From assembly GCF_000011805.1 (NCBI RefSeq), contig NC_006840.2: DNA of 32,000 nucleotides; one strand, given 5' to 3'. Positions 29,366-32,000 of the stretch are shown here, in pieces; within the stretch, counting starts at the first letter, position 1, and each line of letters starts with the position of its first letter. The notes under the pieces are model-generated. The model did not search any database, was not told the DNA's origin, and was given only the letters and a program-made list of their open reading frames with translations. Both the position numbers and the translations under genes were made by a program. The stretch comes from Aliivibrio fischeri ES114. Its GTDB lineage: Bacteria > Pseudomonadota > Gammaproteobacteria > Enterobacterales > Vibrionaceae.

Positions 29366-31738
29366 CTAAAAACCAAAAATATCAGTTAACCAAGCTGCTG
29401 GCTTATTCTTTTCACACTCAGCTTTATACTGCCCTTTTTTATCCCAAATAGGCAACTTCACTCGACCTGAACAATCTGGTTCTAGTGTTTTATTACTTTG
29501 TAAATCAAATCCAGCGGCTGTCACTTCATTTGGCCACGGTAATTGAAGCACTTCAGGAGAACGCATACTTAGATAATCAGCGTAAACTCGTAACGCACCA
29601 CTTGACCCCGTCAACTTCATTGGTTTGTTATCATCGCGACCTAGCCAAGTAATGGCAACTTCACGACCATCAATACCAGCATACCAACTGTCTCTGGAAT
29701 CGTTACTTGTTCCCGTTTTACCCGCTAAAGCTGCCCAACTATATTTACTATTTAAGAATCGAGCTGTTCCTTCACTCACCGTTCGTTTCATTCCATACAC
29801 AGTTAACCACGTAGCTTGCTCAGGAACGACTGCAGCTGATTTAGGGAAGTTTTCATAAAGTAAGTTTCCATCATTATCTACAACTGCCTTAAGTGCTGTT
29901 AAAGCGGCTTTTCTCCCACCATTACCAATCGTTTGATACATTTGAGCTACTTGATATGGAGATAAGTTGATGGATCCTAATAGCATTGATGGCACTTGAT
30001 TAATCTCATTTGCATCAACCCCTAATTTAACTAGAGTGTCGGTCACTTTGCTTAAGCCAACCATCAAACCAAGATTTACTGTTGGTACATTTAAAGAACG
30101 AGAAAGAGCATAATAAAGAGGAACCTCTCCTCTGAATTTACGGTCAAAGTTTCTTGGCGTCCATGTTGTACCTTTACTTCCTTTTAATGCAATCGGTTTA
30201 TCATCTAACGTTGTTGCTAATGAAAACTTATCCGGTGTTTCTAATGCACTCAAATAGATAGCAGGTTTAACTAATGACCCAATTGGTCGTTTAGCATTAA
30301 TCGCTCGGTTAAATCCATCAAATCCAGTTCGGCTGCCACCAATCATTGCTCGAATTTCACCACTTTGACGATCAACAATCACCATTGCAGCTTCCAAGCC
30401 CTTCCCAGCTCTTTTTTCTAACTGAGGTACTGTTCTCTCAACGGCCTGCTCTGCTTTTTGCTGAGACAGAGGATCCAGAGTAGTGAATACTCGTAGCCCT
30501 TCTCCTTTCTGATATGCCTTACCCGCTTTCTCTTTTAACTCCCATTTTAATTGCTGGAAATAAGCCGGTTGTCTTGTCGCTATAGTTGCTCGTTTTTTTA
30601 CATCGAGTGGACGGCTAGCTGCCATTTCATATTGATGAGGCGATAAGATCTCTTCTTGCATCATTAATCGAAGAACTAAATCTCGGCGCTCTTTTACTCG
30701 TTCAGGGAAACGCATCGGATTGTAATAAGACGGGCCTTTCACCATACCAACTAACATCGCTAGTTGATCAATACGCAACTCTTCTATTGGTCGACCAAAA
30801 TATACCTGTGCAGCCAAGCCAAAACCATGAATGGCCTCTCCACCAGTTTGTCCTAAATACACCTCATTTAAATACGCTTCTAAAATACGGTCTTTGCTAT
30901 AACGATAGTCTAAAATTAATGCGAGATACGCTTCTCGAACTTTTCGCCATAGTGTACGTTCACGAGAAAGAAATAAGTTTTTCGCCAATTGTTGAGTCAG
31001 CGTACTACCACCTTGCACGGTTCGTCCTGCCTTAGCATTCACTACCATAGCTCGAGCTATAGCAAGAGGAGAAACACCATCGTGCTGATAAAAATCACGG
31101 TCTTCGGTCGCTAGTAAGGCATCAACCATTACCTCAGGAAACTGCTCTCTACGTAAGAATAAACGCTGTTGATCATCATCAGCATCCAACATACCTAAGA
31201 ACTGAGGCTCGATTTGTAAAAAACCCATTTGTTTCATTACGCTTCTATTTTCAATTTTCTGAAGTCCTTCAGAATTAAAATAAAGCATGACGTGACGATC
31301 CGGCTCTGGTCCTTGTTGAAATTCAAAAGGACGACGAATTAATTCAATTTTTGTTGATGATGATGAATATTCACCAGGGCGTTGAGGTTGACGTACTTTT
31401 TGATATTTAAGTAAATCCAACTCATTTTGAACCGTTTTTAAACTGATATTTTGCCCAGGAGATAACGTTAACACTCGGCTATAAACAACCGTTGGTAAGC
31501 TAAATAATTGACCATCAAAACGTTTCTTAACTACGGTATCAAGATAAATACCGGCGATAACAAGAATAGCTAAAACAACCAAACTTAATTTAAAGCCTAA
31601 AATCATCAAACTCTTCCAAAAAGGACGAGACGATTGCGCTTTTTTCTTAGATGATGTTTTTCTTTTCGCTGGTGCTTTCTTCTTTGCTGCCGTTTTTTTA
31701 GGGGCAGCTTTTGTTGGTGTTTTTTTCTTTTCAGCCAT
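29366..31738 (-). CDS. mrcB: penicillin-binding protein 1B (bifunctional transglycosylase/transpeptidase)
   Basis: 790 aa. Basic N-terminal tail and TM, transglycosylase motifs ATEDRDFYQHDGVS and GGSTLTQQLAKNLFLSRERTLWRK, transpeptidase motifs RPIGSLVKP, SLN and KTGTSND. Confidence 0.96.
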   Translation of the reverse strand: MAEKKKTPTKAAPKKTAAKKKAPAKRKTSSKKKAQSSRPFWKSLMILGFKLSLVVLAILVIAGIYLDTVVKKRFDGQLFSLPTVVYSRVLTLSPGQNISLKTVQNELDLLKYQKVRQPQRPGEYSSSSTKIELIRRPFEFQQGPEPDRHVMLYFNSEGLQKIENRSVMKQMGFLQIEPQFLGMLDADDDQQRLFLRREQFPEVMVDALLATEDRDFYQHDGVSPLAIARAMVVNAKAGRTVQGGSTLTQQLAKNLFLSRERTLWRKVREAYLALILDYRYSKDRILEAYLNEVYLGQTGGEAIHGFGLAAQVYFGRPIEELRIDQLAMLVGMVKGPSYYNPMRFPERVKERRDLVLRLMMQEEILSPHQYEMAASRPLDVKKRATIATRQPAYFQQLKWELKEKAGKAYQKGEGLRVFTTLDPLSQQKAEQAVERTVPQLEKRAGKGLEAAMVIVDRQSGEIRAMIGGSRTGFDGFNRAINAKRPIGSLVKPAIYLSALETPDKFSLATTLDDKPIALKGSKGTTWTPRNFDRKFRGEVPLYYALSRSLNVPTVNLGLMVGLSKVTDTLVKLGVDANEINQVPSMLLGSINLSPYQVAQMYQTIGNGGRKAALTALKAVVDNDGNLLYENFPKSAAVVPEQATWLTVYGMKRTVSEGTARFLNSKYSWAALAGKTGTSNDSRDSWYAGIDGREVAITWLGRDDNKPMKLTGSSGALRVYADYLSMRSPEVLQLPWPNEVTAAGFDLQSNKTLEPDCSGRVKLPIWDKKGQYKAECEKNKPAAWLTDIFGF

Positions 31739-31762
31739 GAGAAATCTTTTTAATTATGAATA

Positions 31763-32000
31763 TTAGTTAAAGTGACGTTTTGTTTTTTTGGTTGCTTGAT
31801 GTGTTGCAGGATCATCTGGCCAAATATGCTTTGGATAACGCCCTTTCATCTCTTTTTGTACTTCTTTATAAGAACCTTGCCAAAAACCAGCAAGATCGCT
31901 TGTTGTTTGTAATGGTCTTTGCGCTGGTGACAATAGTTCCATCATTAGTTTTTTTGTTCCTTTTGCTAATAACGGCGTTTCAGCCTCTCCATATACTTCT
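31763..32000 (-). CDS. hrpB: ATP-dependent helicase HrpB, C-terminal end only (gene continues past the window)
   Basis: Frame open to the right edge: EVYGEAETPLLAKGTKKLMMELLSPAQRPLQTTSDLAGFWQGSYKEVQKEMKGRYPKHIWPDDP. HrpB-like C-terminus, adjacent to mrcB. Confidence 0.88.
   Translation of the reverse strand, partial: EVYGEAETPLLAKGTKKLMMELLSPAQRPLQTTSDLAGFWQGSYKEVQKEMKGRYPKHIWPDDPATHQATKKTKRHFN

Overview
This is an ordinary housekeeping and catabolic region of a Vibrionaceae chromosome, probably Aliivibrio (my inference from protein families and gene order). On the + strand at the left are the last genes of a chitin-disaccharide catabolic cluster: GH20 beta-hexosaminidase (cut by the window edge), chitobiose phosphorylase and a phosphohexomutase. 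Then, on the - strand, come an fbpABC iron(III) ABC transporter with a near-consensus Fur box, the glnK-amtB operon and yacL. A + strand glycerate cluster follows (cdaR-type regulator, GntP-family permease, glycerate kinase). Next, on the - strand, are acnB and a patatin/Omp85-type protein. A complete - strand rRNA operon (16S-tRNA-Ile-tRNA-Ala-23S-5S-tRNA-Asp) has recognisable P1 and P2 promoters. A + strand chemotaxis receptor gene has a frame-disrupted 3' end. The window closes with a - strand tRNA-Phe/Thr/Asn cluster, mrcB (PBP1b) and the 3' end of hrpB. I found no defence island, CRISPR array, transposon or obviously novel multigene system. The most interesting local signals are: (1) an array of decaying tRNA-Asp/terminator repeats after the rrn operon, with apparent TTAG-microhomology junctions; (2) an NtrC-like dyad embedded in the yacL terminator, upstream of a sigma54-like glnK promoter; (3) two compensating -1 lesions in the chemotaxis receptor gene; (4) a perfect 16-bp palindrome between cdaR and the permease gene.
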